Shown in pieces: positions 37,501 to 49,900 of a stretch of DNA of 64,000 nucleotides. Positions within the stretch are counted from its first letter, which is position 1; each line of letters begins with the position of its first letter. Below the pieces are notes generated by a model. That model saw only the letters and a program-made list of their open reading frames with translations. It had not been told where the DNA came from and did not search any database. The stretch spans positions 235,911 to 299,910 of IMG/VR virus record IMGVR_UViG_3300035070_002626. One strand, 5' to 3'. Made by a program: the position numbers and the translations under genes.

Positions 37501-37925
37501 TGATTTCAGATAACATTATTTTAAATAGTGTGTCTTTTAAACCACTGTTTGGAACCAAGGCAGATCCAGAGTTGAGAGCAACAGTTAAGTGTGTTAAAAA
37601 TCCAAACAGCACAGTGAGTATTAGTGATATTAAAAGTCAAGTTGTTACAGCAATAAATCAATATTTTACTATTGAAAACTGGGATTTTGGAGATACATTC
37701 TTCTTCTCAGAGCTCAGTGCATACTTACACGATCAATTGGGTAGTATTATTTCCACTGTGGTCCTTGTTCCAACTGATCCCTCAAAGTCATTTGGCGACT
37801 TGTATGAAATTCGCAGTCAACCAAATGAAATTTTTGTTAATGCAGCAACAGTTAACGATGTTGAAGTTATTAGCGCACTGACTAGCAGTCAATTACGCAC
37901 AGCAACAAATAGTGGAGTAGTATAA
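34518..37925 (+). CDS. gp6: Baseplate wedge gp6-like (1135 aa)
   Basis: YDFETLRKSFIDY, YPESFNDYIESSEF, FLDTAERRDSV, QNRMVNGEDY motifs; TAAATA 34492-34497. Confidence 0.9.
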   Translation: MAKTTRQTSIFGVEDWKRIYQTYREADFQSYDFETLRKSFIDYIRLNYPESFNDYIESSEFIALLDVMAFMGQAGSFRNDLNTRENFLDTAERRDSVTRLAELVSYTPKRNTAAQGFLKIQSISSTEDIVDFTGVNLSNVTVNWNDTTNPNWLEQFTVIVNSALNGSQRFGNPGNSQNILGVQNDEYQINLAPGFLPVVPFSSTVNGSNMVFEAVSSTSLNKNYMYEPAPKPNGAFNMLYRNDKQGYASANTGFFFMFKQGSLTDYPFNLGERISNRVVNVNIEGINNEDVWLYEIDAAGAVKDEWDYVENLYTGAVEQLTPEQRRYFTITSRTNDQINLNFGDGVFSAIPVGTFRSYVRASNGLNYVINTNEMQNIVISISYISRTGRNETLSMSCALTQPVSNATNRESISQIKQRAPARFYTQNRMVNGEDYNNFPYTLYNTIIKSKAVNRSSIGTSRYLDLVDITGKYSSTNVFASDGLIYETTDTPGFTFTFVDQNDISNVIVNQVEPLLSSRGMQEFYYQNFTRPDLTSLNLNWNQSTTANNETTGYFRFAATNAPAPVGPQTSDNKQYIEQGGLVKFVPPAGQYFTKFNRLAVGSPTQPGDKMVLWATVTQLELNGTNFGVGNNADGTGPVTLNNFIPTNAVPVQVISNFVTDLPTTIEQTMREQIELYRAFGLGYNNLTGNWYVITATNLDDSTTFSLANAQNTSGANLDNSWLVAFETDGVTYSVTSRSLERFWASVLETRFFYDGTQKVYDPKTGTVINDFINVLKTNNQPDSSSTLNSDEVLDIIGQPAETDGFVDDFRVRISYKDSDNDGIPDNPDYFQTLVAPTTNPNSKRVYLQKTIDFDNLERYIPLASGVVNGQYATKDAIELVKSEFADKQVFYAYTDKLFYMLTVSYDGVRTITQALGYVVYTGRQDLYFQYRHNAPLSRRIDPGTTNIIDIYLVTDAYYTAYQNYVKDSTGTVKEPSQPTIDELTTSYSTLNDYKMISDNIILNSVSFKPLFGTKADPELRATVKCVKNPNSTVSISDIKSQVVTAINQYFTIENWDFGDTFFFSELSAYLHDQLGSIISTVVLVPTDPSKSFGDLYEIRSQPNEIFVNAATVNDVEVISALTSSQLRTATNSGVV

Positions 37926-37928
37926 GCT

Positions 37929-40900
37929 ATGGCTAAAAGAATTCGTTCTGAACAATTTCTTCCTGAGATTTTTCAAACACCTGCAAACAAGCAATTGTTG
38001 CGAACCACACTTGACCAACTGTATCAGAACCCAAAATTAAAACCAACCCAAGGTTATATTGGGCGAAAAATAGGCCCTGGTGTTACTGCTAGTGACAATT
38101 ACGTTCTTGAGCCAACCGAAACTAGAACAAACTACCAATTAGAACCCGGTGTTGTCCAACTTAAACCAAATACAAATCAAGTTGAAAATGCAATCACTTA
38201 TCCGGGTATCATTGACAGTTTGCAAATGCAAGGTGCTGATGTTTCTCGTCATGATAGATTGTTTAACAGTGAATATTACAGTTTTGATCCGTTTGTTGAT
38301 TATGACAAGTATGTCAATTTTGGGCAATATTATTGGGTTCCTCAAGGACCGGACAGTGTTGATGTCTTTTCGAATTCTATTCCTGTACAAGATGATTTTG
38401 ATGTAGAAGACACCGACGATGGATACACTTTTTCTGGTGAAGCAGGCACGTTGCCTACCCTATCAGTTGTGCGTGAAGGAAATTATACTTTTAATATTAA
38501 TAGCCCAGGCAACAATTTTTGGATACAAAGTGTTCCTGGGGTAAGCGGTGTATTACCATTTCAGCCAAATCAATCCTCAAGGCAGGTACTAGGTGTATCT
38601 AATAATGGCGAAGATTCTGGCACTGTTAGATTCGATGTACCTGCTAAAGATGCACAGAATTTTTACTTTACACTTTCAGACATCGGTGCAACTGATTTAA
38701 TCGACGGCACGCTAAAGTTCACTGACATTAACAATCAATATGTTGATGAATTCCTTGCTGTTAATGGCGGCATTGACGGGATTTCTGACTTAGAAAATCG
38801 TACATTGATCTTAACAACCACTAGTGATAGTGGATGGGAAATCCAAACGCCGTTTGACACAGAAGGAAACGGCTATGGCGAAGGCCCGTTTGATGACTCT
38901 ACTCCGATAGCAACTGATGCTGAAAGATACGTGCAATGGAGAATTAACTTTAACTATGCAGATCCTGATCGTCCATATATGGAGCTTACAGTTAATCAGA
39001 GTATTGCAAATCTGAGCAAAACAAACATTGAATATGGCACAAATAATGCCGGCGCTACTTGGTATAAAAATGCCGAAGGCACAATGGAGCGTCAGCCTCT
39101 TATTACTGCTAACTCAGATATTCTTTACTATCAAGATGGCAGCGACGATACTAATTTTGGTATTATACGCATTGTTGATCAAGAAAATGCTGCTGATTTA
39201 AACATATCCGAAATACTTGGGAAAACAAATTACACATCACCTAATGGTGTTGTGTTTACCAATGGGCTTAAAGTACGTTTCATTGGGACAGTTGTTCCTG
39301 CAAGTTACGCAAATAATGAATATTATGTTGAAGGAGTTGGGGCATCAATTGACTTGTTGTTAACAACTAACTTTGTCACTCCTGAGAAGTACACAGCTAG
39401 TAGCAGTGTGCCATATGACTCCAATCCATACGATGAAGGCAATTTTGATGAAACACTGAATGCACCAACTGCGCAAGATTATTTAACAGTCAACCGTGCA
39501 AGCATAGACCGCAACGCCTGGAGTCGCAGCAACAGATGGTTCCATATTGATGTATTGGATGCCACAGCGACATACAACAACGTTCCGTTAACAATCAACA
39601 ATGACAACAGAGCCAAACGTCCTATCTTAGAGTTTAGAAAAAATCTAAAACTTTTCAATGCAGGTACAGAAGGCATTAATAGTATTGATATTATCGACTT
39701 TTCTGAAACAGATGCCTTTTCAAACATCAATGGTACAATTGGATATTCAATTGATGGGTATAGCTTGATCTCAGGATCGCAGGTTATTTTTGCTGCTGAT
39801 GCAGACCCTGAAGTAAGAAATAAAATTTACGAAGTACAGTTTGTTGAACTAACTCCGGGTGCTACGCCGATTATTGATTTGCAACCAGCAAGCTTAACAA
39901 CTCCTGATGTGCCTGCTAACACTACCACAGTAGTAATGAGTGGAAACACACAACAAGGCAAGGCATATTGGTTTAACGGCACTAACTGGATAAGTGCACA
40001 GCAAAAAACCAAAGTTAATCAAGCACCGTTATTTGATATATTCGACAGTAATGGCTACAGCTACTCTGATATAACTGTCTATCCAAGTAGTACATTTGTA
40101 GGTACCAAGTTGTTCAGCTATGCAGTGGGCAGCGGCGCAACGGATACTATTATCGAACAGCCATTGAAATATTCAACTATTGCCAACGTTGGTGATATTG
40201 TTTTTGACAACAACTTGTATGTTGACACATTTGTATATGTTAGCGGCACAACTAGTGTTACAAAAATGATTGACGAAGGCACAGTTAGGCAGTATAATAC
40301 TAGGACTACATTTGATAAACTACTAGGCTGGCAAACATCATTTACTAAAACAGTTCAGCGACAAAGTTTTAGTTTTGAATATAATGCTGCACCGCTTGTG
40401 CTAGACGTACAAGTAATTGCTGATACGTCATTAATTCCTGTTAAAGTGTATGTTGAAGGACAGTTTGTTCTTCCAGAAGATTACACCTATGCAACGAATG
40501 TTGACAACACAACTACAATCACGTTTAACACAGATAAACAGCCGGTAACTGGCACAGTGATTGAAGTGCAAGTCATCAGTGACACTGAAAGCAGTGTTGC
40601 TTTTTATACCATACCAGTTAACCTTGAATCAAATGCACTAAATGAAAATAGTAGTGGATTTACACTAGGTACTGTGCGCAAGCATTATGAAAGTATTTGT
40701 CAAAATTTAGAAAACTTTTCTGGAAAGATACATGGTGCAAATAATGTTCGCGACCTTGGTAATGTTGTTCCATTTGGCGGCTTAATACTGCAACAAAGTG
40801 CTCCGTTGAGTATGATGACAAACTTTATCAATGGTAGAGATTTTGAGTTTTTTCGTGCACTGGAATTCAATGCAGTTGAATACAACAAAACAAAAAATAA

Positions 40901-43900
40901 GATTCTAAATTATGTTGCACAAAATGATTGGCAATCAAAAACAACTGCCGAAATATTAGATGATGCACTGGAAGCAATTAATGCTGGTAAAAATCAATTT
41001 AGCCCATTTTATTGGACTGATGCTATTCCGTCGGGTCCTATATTTGAGCTAACAACATACACAGTTAGTGCAATTACTACAAACGTGTTTGATACACTTT
41101 ATAGTTACAATATGTTTGCAGCAAATTATGCAGGTATATTAGTATACTATACACCAAAGAGCACTGGTGTTGAGACTATTTTAACCGGCAACGGGCATGA
41201 CTATACTGTAGCAGCAGACGGGCCTCGAATTACAATTAATACTGACAATGTTACATTAGCAACCGGTGATATTATTAGTATACGTGAATATAAATCAACA
41301 TCGGGCAGTTATGTACCGGCAACTCCGTCAATGATGGGTATGTATGAAATATTCAAACCAGAAAAATTCTTAGACAATACTTATGTTGAGCCGCAACAAG
41401 TTATTCGTGGCCATGACGGTAGTATAACAATTGCCTGGGACAATGGCGATTTTAGAAACGATGTATTGCTTGAGTTTGAAAATCGAGTGTATAACAACAT
41501 AAAAATTAGCGAAGAAAGCCGCAAGATGTTGCCCATTAAGGCAGCTGATGTTATTCCTGGACAATTCCGTACTACTGATTATTCAGCCGCTACAATTAAT
41601 AGTATGCTTTCTGTTAGCTTCTTGAGTTGGGCAGGCGGCAATCGTGTTCCATATAAAGATCAAGATTATATTCCGACCAATGAATTTACTTGGAATTATA
41701 GCAACAGTACCAATCGTTTGTCAGGTGATTCTTTATTAGGTGGCTGGAGAGCAATTTACTTCCAGCTATATGACACAGACAGTCCAGACACTCGTCCTTG
41801 GGAAATGCTAGGGTTGTCCGAAAAGCCGTCATGGTGGAACGATAGATACGGCCCTGCACCTTATACCTCAGGTAACTTGGTGCTATGGGAAGACCTAGCA
41901 GCAGGCCGTGTAGCAGATCCAATTGCACCTTATGTACGTAAAGACTATGTGCGCCCGGGCTTGTTAGATGTTATTCCGACAGACAGCCAAGGAAGACTAT
42001 TGTCGCCATTCGATAGTGTTGTTGGCAATTATGACCAAAACAGTTTTAAAAAATCTTGGGTTGTTGGTGATATGGGCCCAGCTGAAACGGCGTGGAAACG
42101 CAGTAGTTATTATCCTTTTGCAATACAAAGATTACTTGCACTAACTAAGCCAGCTGATTACTTTTCGTTGTATTCTGACAGAGATGCATGGGATTATAAT
42201 GCAGTCTTTGGGCAATATTTGTTGAACAACAGATTTAGATTAAATGCATCGCAAATCGGTATTTACGGTAATGGAACTATTAAAAACAGTTATATTAATT
42301 TTATTGTTGACTATAATAGAGTTACCGGGTTAGACAGTACTGCAATATTAACATCTAAATTGGCAAACATTGATATACGTTTGTGCTATAGAATGGCAGC
42401 GTTTAGTGATCAAAACTATCTAAAAATATTCAGTGAGAAGAGTTCACCAAACAGTCTGAATGCTAGTTTATTATTACCAGACGAAAGCTATCAACTGTTC
42501 CTTTATCAAAATCCAAGTTTTTCAGAAATACAATACAGTAGTGTTATTGTACAAAGAACCACAACAGGATACACTGTTAGTGGGTACTCGACTACAAAAC
42601 CATATTTCAGCATATTAGAAAGTGTGTCAAGCGGAAACTTTAACAGGATGACTGTGAATGGTGAAACATTCCGTGTTGCTAACACCTATTCTAAGAACGT
42701 AGTTACAGTACCATATGGTTACGAGTTTTCAAGTAAAAACGCAGTTGTTGACTTCTTGGTTAGTTATGGTAAACTACTTGAGTCACAAGGTATGGAGTTT
42801 GATACAGTTGAGAATACAGCAATTCTTAATTGGGAACAAATGGCACAAGAATTTTTATATTGGGCCGGCCAAGGCTGGATTGCAGGTAGTTTAATTAACT
42901 TGAACCCAGCTGCTAATATACTAAAATTGGAGCAGCCAAACAGCGTAGTCGAAAGTTTAAAAAACGAAAATATCAATGATATATTATTAGATCAAAACTA
43001 TGAACCATTGATGTCAAGCGAATATGCAGTTGAAAGACTTGACAACGAACTTAAATTGATCGGTCTTAACAATCAAACATTTAGCTATCTTAATGCAAGA
43101 TTTACCAGTTACGAACATATTATCGTATTTGACAATGTTAGTATCTTCAATGACCTCGTGTATGAACCAAAAACCGCAGCAAGACAAAGTCGCTTGCTGC
43201 TAAACGGATACACAGTGTATGACTGGAACGGTACACTTGATGCTCAAGGATTTATTCTCAATGAGGATAACATCGAGCCTTGGGTGCCCAACAAATCATA
43301 TACTAAAGGGCAAATTGTTCTTTATAAAAATAGATACTGGAGTGCAGTTGAATTACTGGCACCAACAGAAAAATTTGATTTTTCTAAATGGATAAAAAGC
43401 GATTACAATAAAATACAAAAAGGATTGTTGCCAAACCTTTCTAGTAAGGCAAGCGGATTGCAGGAAAACTATGATATCCACACTGCAAATCTTGAACAAG
43501 ATGCTACATTACTTGGATTAGGACTGATTGGATTTAGACCAAGACAGTACATGCAAAATCTAAACTTAGATGATATTTCACAAGCTGGGCTATACTCCCA
43601 ATTCTTGGGAACAAAGGGCACACTGCAAGCAGCTGAAATCTTTACTAGTGCTAACCTTGGTAAAGATCAAGCAGAATATGAAATATTCGAAAATTGGGCA
43701 ATACAGCGTGGACTATACGGTGCAAGTGCAAACCGTAGTTACTATGAATTGCAGCTTGACGAAAGCAAATTACTCGGAAACCCGACTACAATTGATGTTG
43801 TTAATGCTGGCGAAACAAGTAGCGCAGATCAATCAATATCGTTGAACAATATATGGAAACAAAGTTATAAAATTACTGATACAAACATATTGCCAACTAT

Positions 43901-46900
43901 AGATCAGATTCCCGCAGACGTGGGATTACCAAGTGCTGGTTATGTAAATTACGATGATGTTGATATTAAAGTTTTTAACTACAGTGACTTGACAAATATT
44001 ATTCTTAACATGGAAAAAGTTACGGTTGGCACCAACGTGTGGGTAGCCAAAGACAATAGATATGATTGGAATATCTATAGAACCAATGTAGTTAATGCTA
44101 GTGTTGTTCGAGTATTTGATAATCTAGACGGTACATGTACAGTAACTTTTGATGTTAACCACGGATTGTCAGCTGCTGACAGATTGATTGTTAAGTATTT
44201 CAATAGCAATGTTGATGGCGCTTATATTGTTAAGTCAGTGCCAAGCCTAAAAACTTTAGTAATTGATTTAATGCTACTAGGAAACACAACCGACATAACT
44301 GGCGACGGTCGTGCGTTTGTTCTAGAAAGTGTTCGTGTTAAGCAACCAGCTGATATTTCAAGCCTGAGCTTTGTTGATGAGATTCAACCTACCAATGAAG
44401 TTTGGGTCGACAACAGCGGCAATGATACATGGGAAGTATTAGAAAAAATTAATCCATTTGGTACACCAAGTGATTTAGACGGACCTGTTGCTCAAATAAA
44501 TGCACGTTTCGGTACATCTATTGCGCAAGGATTACGCAATCAAGGACTGGTTATTGGTGCACCTGGATACAATTCTAGTGTTGGTGCAATAACTGTTTAC
44601 AATAAAGGCGAGGGTGTATACGTAGAAACTGCTACTATATCTCCTGCAACCACTGGATTTAATGAATTTGGTAGTAGTTTAGCAGTAGGCGGATTTGATT
44701 GGGCAATTGTAGGCGCACCTGCTAGTGACAGTAACAAAGGTTATGCAGTTGCAGTTAACAGAAACCCAAACAACGGTAACTACAGACAATCTCAAATCTT
44801 TGTTGGCGCCAGTGGTGCATCAGAGCAAGGATACGGAGTAGCTATTAGCAACGACGAACGCTGGATGTATATCAGCTCGCCGGCCGACAACAACATCGAC
44901 GCATACAATTTAGTTAATGTGCAAAGCCAAAGTGTGGAATACACAGGTGATGCTGTTACTACCAGCTTTGCAATCACTCCAGCAATTGTGGTTAGCGGTA
45001 CACTATTAACAGCACAAACACAAATTGGCGTAACTGTTAATAACATTCCTAAATTAGCCGGAGTTGACTGGAACTTAGAATCTGTTAGTGGTACAACAAA
45101 TGTGAAGTTTACTACAGCACTAAACAACGGCGACGATTTACGAATCACAAGACTACTGAGTTACATAGACAATACAGTAGTTGCTGAGACTACATTTGAC
45201 ACCAGTATGTTGTACACTGTAACCGACATTTATAGTTTTGCAGTCTATGTTAACAACGTATTACAGCGACCAGGCATTGATTATACGTTTGTTGGCAATG
45301 ATGTTGTGCTTTCTTCGCCAGCAACAGGAACAGTTTTTATTAATTCGCAATCTTACTGGAAACATGTTGACACATTCACTGTAGCTAGTGTAGTAGGCGG
45401 TGCAAGACTAGGGCAAAGTATTTCAACAACCACCGACGGCCGCCAAATTATGATTGGCGCACCTGACGATACAGTTGGCTCAGACACATTGGCTGGGACA
45501 GTTCACGTTATGGATAGAAGTGTTGAGAGATTTCAAGTCACTGATGCAACAGTTGCTACCTATACTGTTACTGATACACCAAACGGTCCAGTAAGTGTTA
45601 CTGTCAATGGTAACTATTTAATACCAACTAACAACTTTAACAATCCGCAGTTTAGTGTTGCTGGCAATGTTGTTACAATTGGCACCACTGCTAATCCTGT
45701 AACGCTAAATGTTGGTGACATAATTGAAATTGAAACCAATAATTTTAGATTAATGCAAAGCATACAATCAACTACACCAGGGGCTAGCTATAGCTTTGGC
45801 AGCGTAGTTAAAAATTGCCCAACTAATTGTAGTTTATATATTGGTGTGCCAAACGATAGTGCAATTATGCCCGAAGCCGGCAGCGTTGAGCGTTGGGCAA
45901 ACCAAAGTAGATTGTTTGGAACTATAACAGGGACTGTTGCTAATCCGGTACTGTCTGTTGGTGATAGTATTCGTATTAATAATTATTATGTCACACTAAC
46001 TGGCACAACAGTTGCTTCGTTGGTCAACGACATTAATGGTGCCGATATTCCTAATGTACTCGCAGTTGCCGATGCTGGTAAATTACTACTTACATTGCAA
46101 AATGTAGCAGCCGGTGATGAATTTATTAAATTGCAAGTATTACCAGGTGTTGGGACAGCGTATGATGATCTTGGTATTGCCCAAATGGTGTTTGCACAAA
46201 AAATTACATCACCATTGGTACAAGCATATGGGCATTTTGGAACCAGTGCAAGCATTAGTAATAATGCATTAACACTAGTAGTTGGTGCACCAGATTCAAC
46301 TGCAATTATGGCAACAACTTTTGATACTGCAACCACCGACTTTGATTCAGATAGCACGCCGTTTAGTGATCCAGTTGCGCAATCCGGAGTTGCAATAACA
46401 TTTGATTTCTTAAATGCAGCAAATCCGAGTATTACAAACTTTGGAAAGTTTGTATACGGCCAACAGATATTTGACACAAGCATTAACAGTCTTGATAAAT
46501 TTGGAACAGCAGTTGATTATCGTGATGGTACATTGCTAGTAGGTGCACCAAATGATGACCTTGACGACAGCACAGATACCAACAGCGGCCGTACTATACA
46601 AATTATCAATGCCAAGAAAGAGCTTGCTTGGAAAGTAGTATACAAGCAAGAGCCGGTAGTTAACACTGCACTTCTAAACAGTGTATTCTTGTATGACAAG
46701 ATTAGTAGTAATGTTACTAATTACTTGGATTTCATTGATCCATTGAATGGAAAAATACTTGGATCAGCACAGGCTAATATTGATTATACTGGCGGAGTCG
46801 ACCCTGCTGCTTACAACACTGGCACAGTAAACAATTTCGGTTCGCAGTGGAACAGTAATCATCTTGGAGAAATGTGGTGGGATTTATCAACAGTTCGATT

Positions 46901-49900
46901 TATTGATTATCATCAAGACACAATTGAATACAAAGCCAGAAGATGGGGACAACTATTTGAAGGTTCCGTTGTAGATGTGTATCAGTGGACAGAAAACACA
47001 GTCCCGCCTAGCGAATATGCAGGTATTGGCGAAGTTTATAGTACCACAAGTTACACCATGACAAGTATGATCGACAGTGTAGGCACTTTTGTAACTTATT
47101 ATTACTATTGGGTTAAAGGTATTACAAGTGTAAGTCCAAGCAAAACGCTGAGTGCTGCTGGAGTTACACAGTATATTGCAAATCCACGTAGTAGTGGTAT
47201 TAGCTATGCAGCCGCACTATCGCCTAGCACAACAGCACTATACAATTGTAATAGTCTTATTAGTGCTAAAGATACAATTTTGCACATCGAGTTTGATAAA
47301 ATTGCAAACACCGACAACGTTCATGCTGAATATGACTTGATTACTGTTGGTAATCCTAGTAGTTTCTTAGGTGCTGGGCTTTATAGAAAGTTGCTTGATA
47401 GTTTCTGCGGCGAAGATACATTGGGCAACATAGTACCTGATGCGACATTGAGCATAGCAGACAAGTACGGAGTTAACTTCCGTCCAAGACAGAGTATGTT
47501 CAAAGATCGATTCCTTGCTCTTGAAAACTATCTATCACGAGCAAATAAAATCATGGCACTGTACCCTCTCACAGACAGCAAAAAGTTTGATTTGCTTAAT
47601 AGCGAAGAACCAGAGCCAACTAAAGTTAGTGGAGCTTGGGATAAACGAGTTGCAACATATGCAGAATTGACATACCAAGATCTACAGCAAGTACCAGTTG
47701 GTTACATATACCTAGTGGCAAGCGACAGCACACAGCAAGGCTTGTGGACAACTTATACAGTACAGGCAAATAAAACATTGTTGCTCAGCAGAGTACAGAC
47801 ATACGATACTAAACTTTATTGGAACTATGTTGACTGGGTAGCAGTAGGGTATGATGCATCGGTTAAGCCAACAACCGAAGTTGCAGTGTACAGCGACCTA
47901 CTTGCATTAACTCCGGTAAATGGTCAAGCAGTTAAAGTAACTGCAAATAGTTTCGGCAAAAGCGAAATATACCAATGGACTAGTGCTGCTGGTGAATGGG
48001 TGCGTGTGCAGCTTACAGACGGCACAGTTGCAATTAGCAATACTATCTGGGACTATGCAATTGGAAACTATGGTTTTGACACTGAGGTGTTTGATGCACA
48101 AAGATTTGATCAAGCACCAAACACTGAAACACGACAGATTCTTAAAGCTCTAAATGAAGAAATATTTACAACAGATTTAGAAATTTATCGCAATGAGCTG
48201 TTAATTCAAGTATTTGAATTTATTACAACAGAGCAGCTAGCACCAGATTGGCTGTTTAAAACTAGTTTGATTGATGTTTCTCATAAAATTCGTGATTTAC
48301 TTCCGTACCCAATTTACAAACGTGATAATCAAGATTTTGTTAGTGATTATATCGAAGAAGTTAAACCGTACCATGTCCAGATTCGCGAATTTAATTTACG
48401 TTACGAAGGAATTGACAGTTACAACGGCAGTGCTACTGATTTTGATGTGCCAGCATATTATGATGAGCTAAGACAAGGATTTATATCGCCTATCTTGGAC
48501 AACAACGTTGATAATCCGTCATCAGTGAGTAGCTTTCCTAGCACTGATCCAATTTGGCAAACTTGGCCATACAGCCAATGGTTTAACAATTATTTGCTAG
48601 AACTAACTAGTGTTACTGTACTAAACGGCGGCACAGGCTATACTGTTCCCCCGCAAGTTATTGTAACAGGCGATGCTACTACACAAGCAACTATGGAAGC
48701 AAAAGTTAACAGTGCTGGCAATGTGATTAGTATAAGTGTGCTCACACCTGGTAGTGGATATACAACTACTCCAATTATTACTATTTCCGGCGGAAATGGT
48801 GTTGGCGCAACCGCAATTGCAGTGCTTGCACCAAGCTTGATTCGAGATATTGTAACAACAATCAAATATGACAGAATTACTTATAATAGTCAAGTAGTTG
48901 ATTGGCAAGCAAATACAGTGTATACTGCAAATGAGCTTGTACGTTATCCTGTTCCTACTGTTGGCACAGTTAACACAGTGCAAGCAAAAGTTTATCAAGT
49001 AATTACAGATTTTACTAGTGCCTCAACATTTGATCCTGAAAATTTCACAGTAGTTGATCCAACTACACTTGACGGTGCCGACAGAACAATTGGCATGTAT
49101 ACACCGACTCCAAACCAGCCTGGGCGAGAACTAGCACAGTTGATGGCAGGTATTGATTACCCAGGTGTGCAAGTACAAGGACCCGACTTTGATCAAAACA
49201 CTGGCTTTGATGTAGGCAATTATGATGTTAATCCTTTTGACAACCTCGATTTTGGCCCTGAAGGGTTGCCAACATACAGCACAGACATCCTTGATGTTAT
49301 ATACGAAAGCTCGTTTGTTGATTCTTACTTGGGAATACGTGCAACTGATATTAATGTCGAGGGTGGCGAATTTATCGACACATATAGTTCTCATGCACCG
49401 GAAGAACTTGTTCCAGGAAGCGAGTTTGATACACTAGATCTTAAAGTATACACTCGCCCTGGCAGTGATTGGTCTAACAACGGTCACGGGTTTGATATCA
49501 AAGATATTAGTGTTGAGTATACAGGAGTTGGAACAACAGTTAGTTTTGCAAATCTTATGCAGCATCCTGTGGAACTTGAAATTTATAATGAACTTAGTGG
49601 TCAAAATGTAGATCCAAGTACCTACACCATTAACTGGGTTACCAAAGTAATTACATTTAACAGTGGAAACGTAGGAAATGTGTTTGACGTTCAAGTTTAC
49701 GGACTTGGCGGCGGATCACAACTCTATAAAGAAAGTTTTGTAGGCAGTACTATTACTAATGCAACACAGCGTATTAATGTAGCATACACAGAAATTGCCG
49801 AAATGGTTGTATTTGTAAATGGAGCACTGTTTACAAACTACACTTATGCAGCCAGCGGTAGTTTTGCAACAGATGTAACATTTAACACACAACCTACATC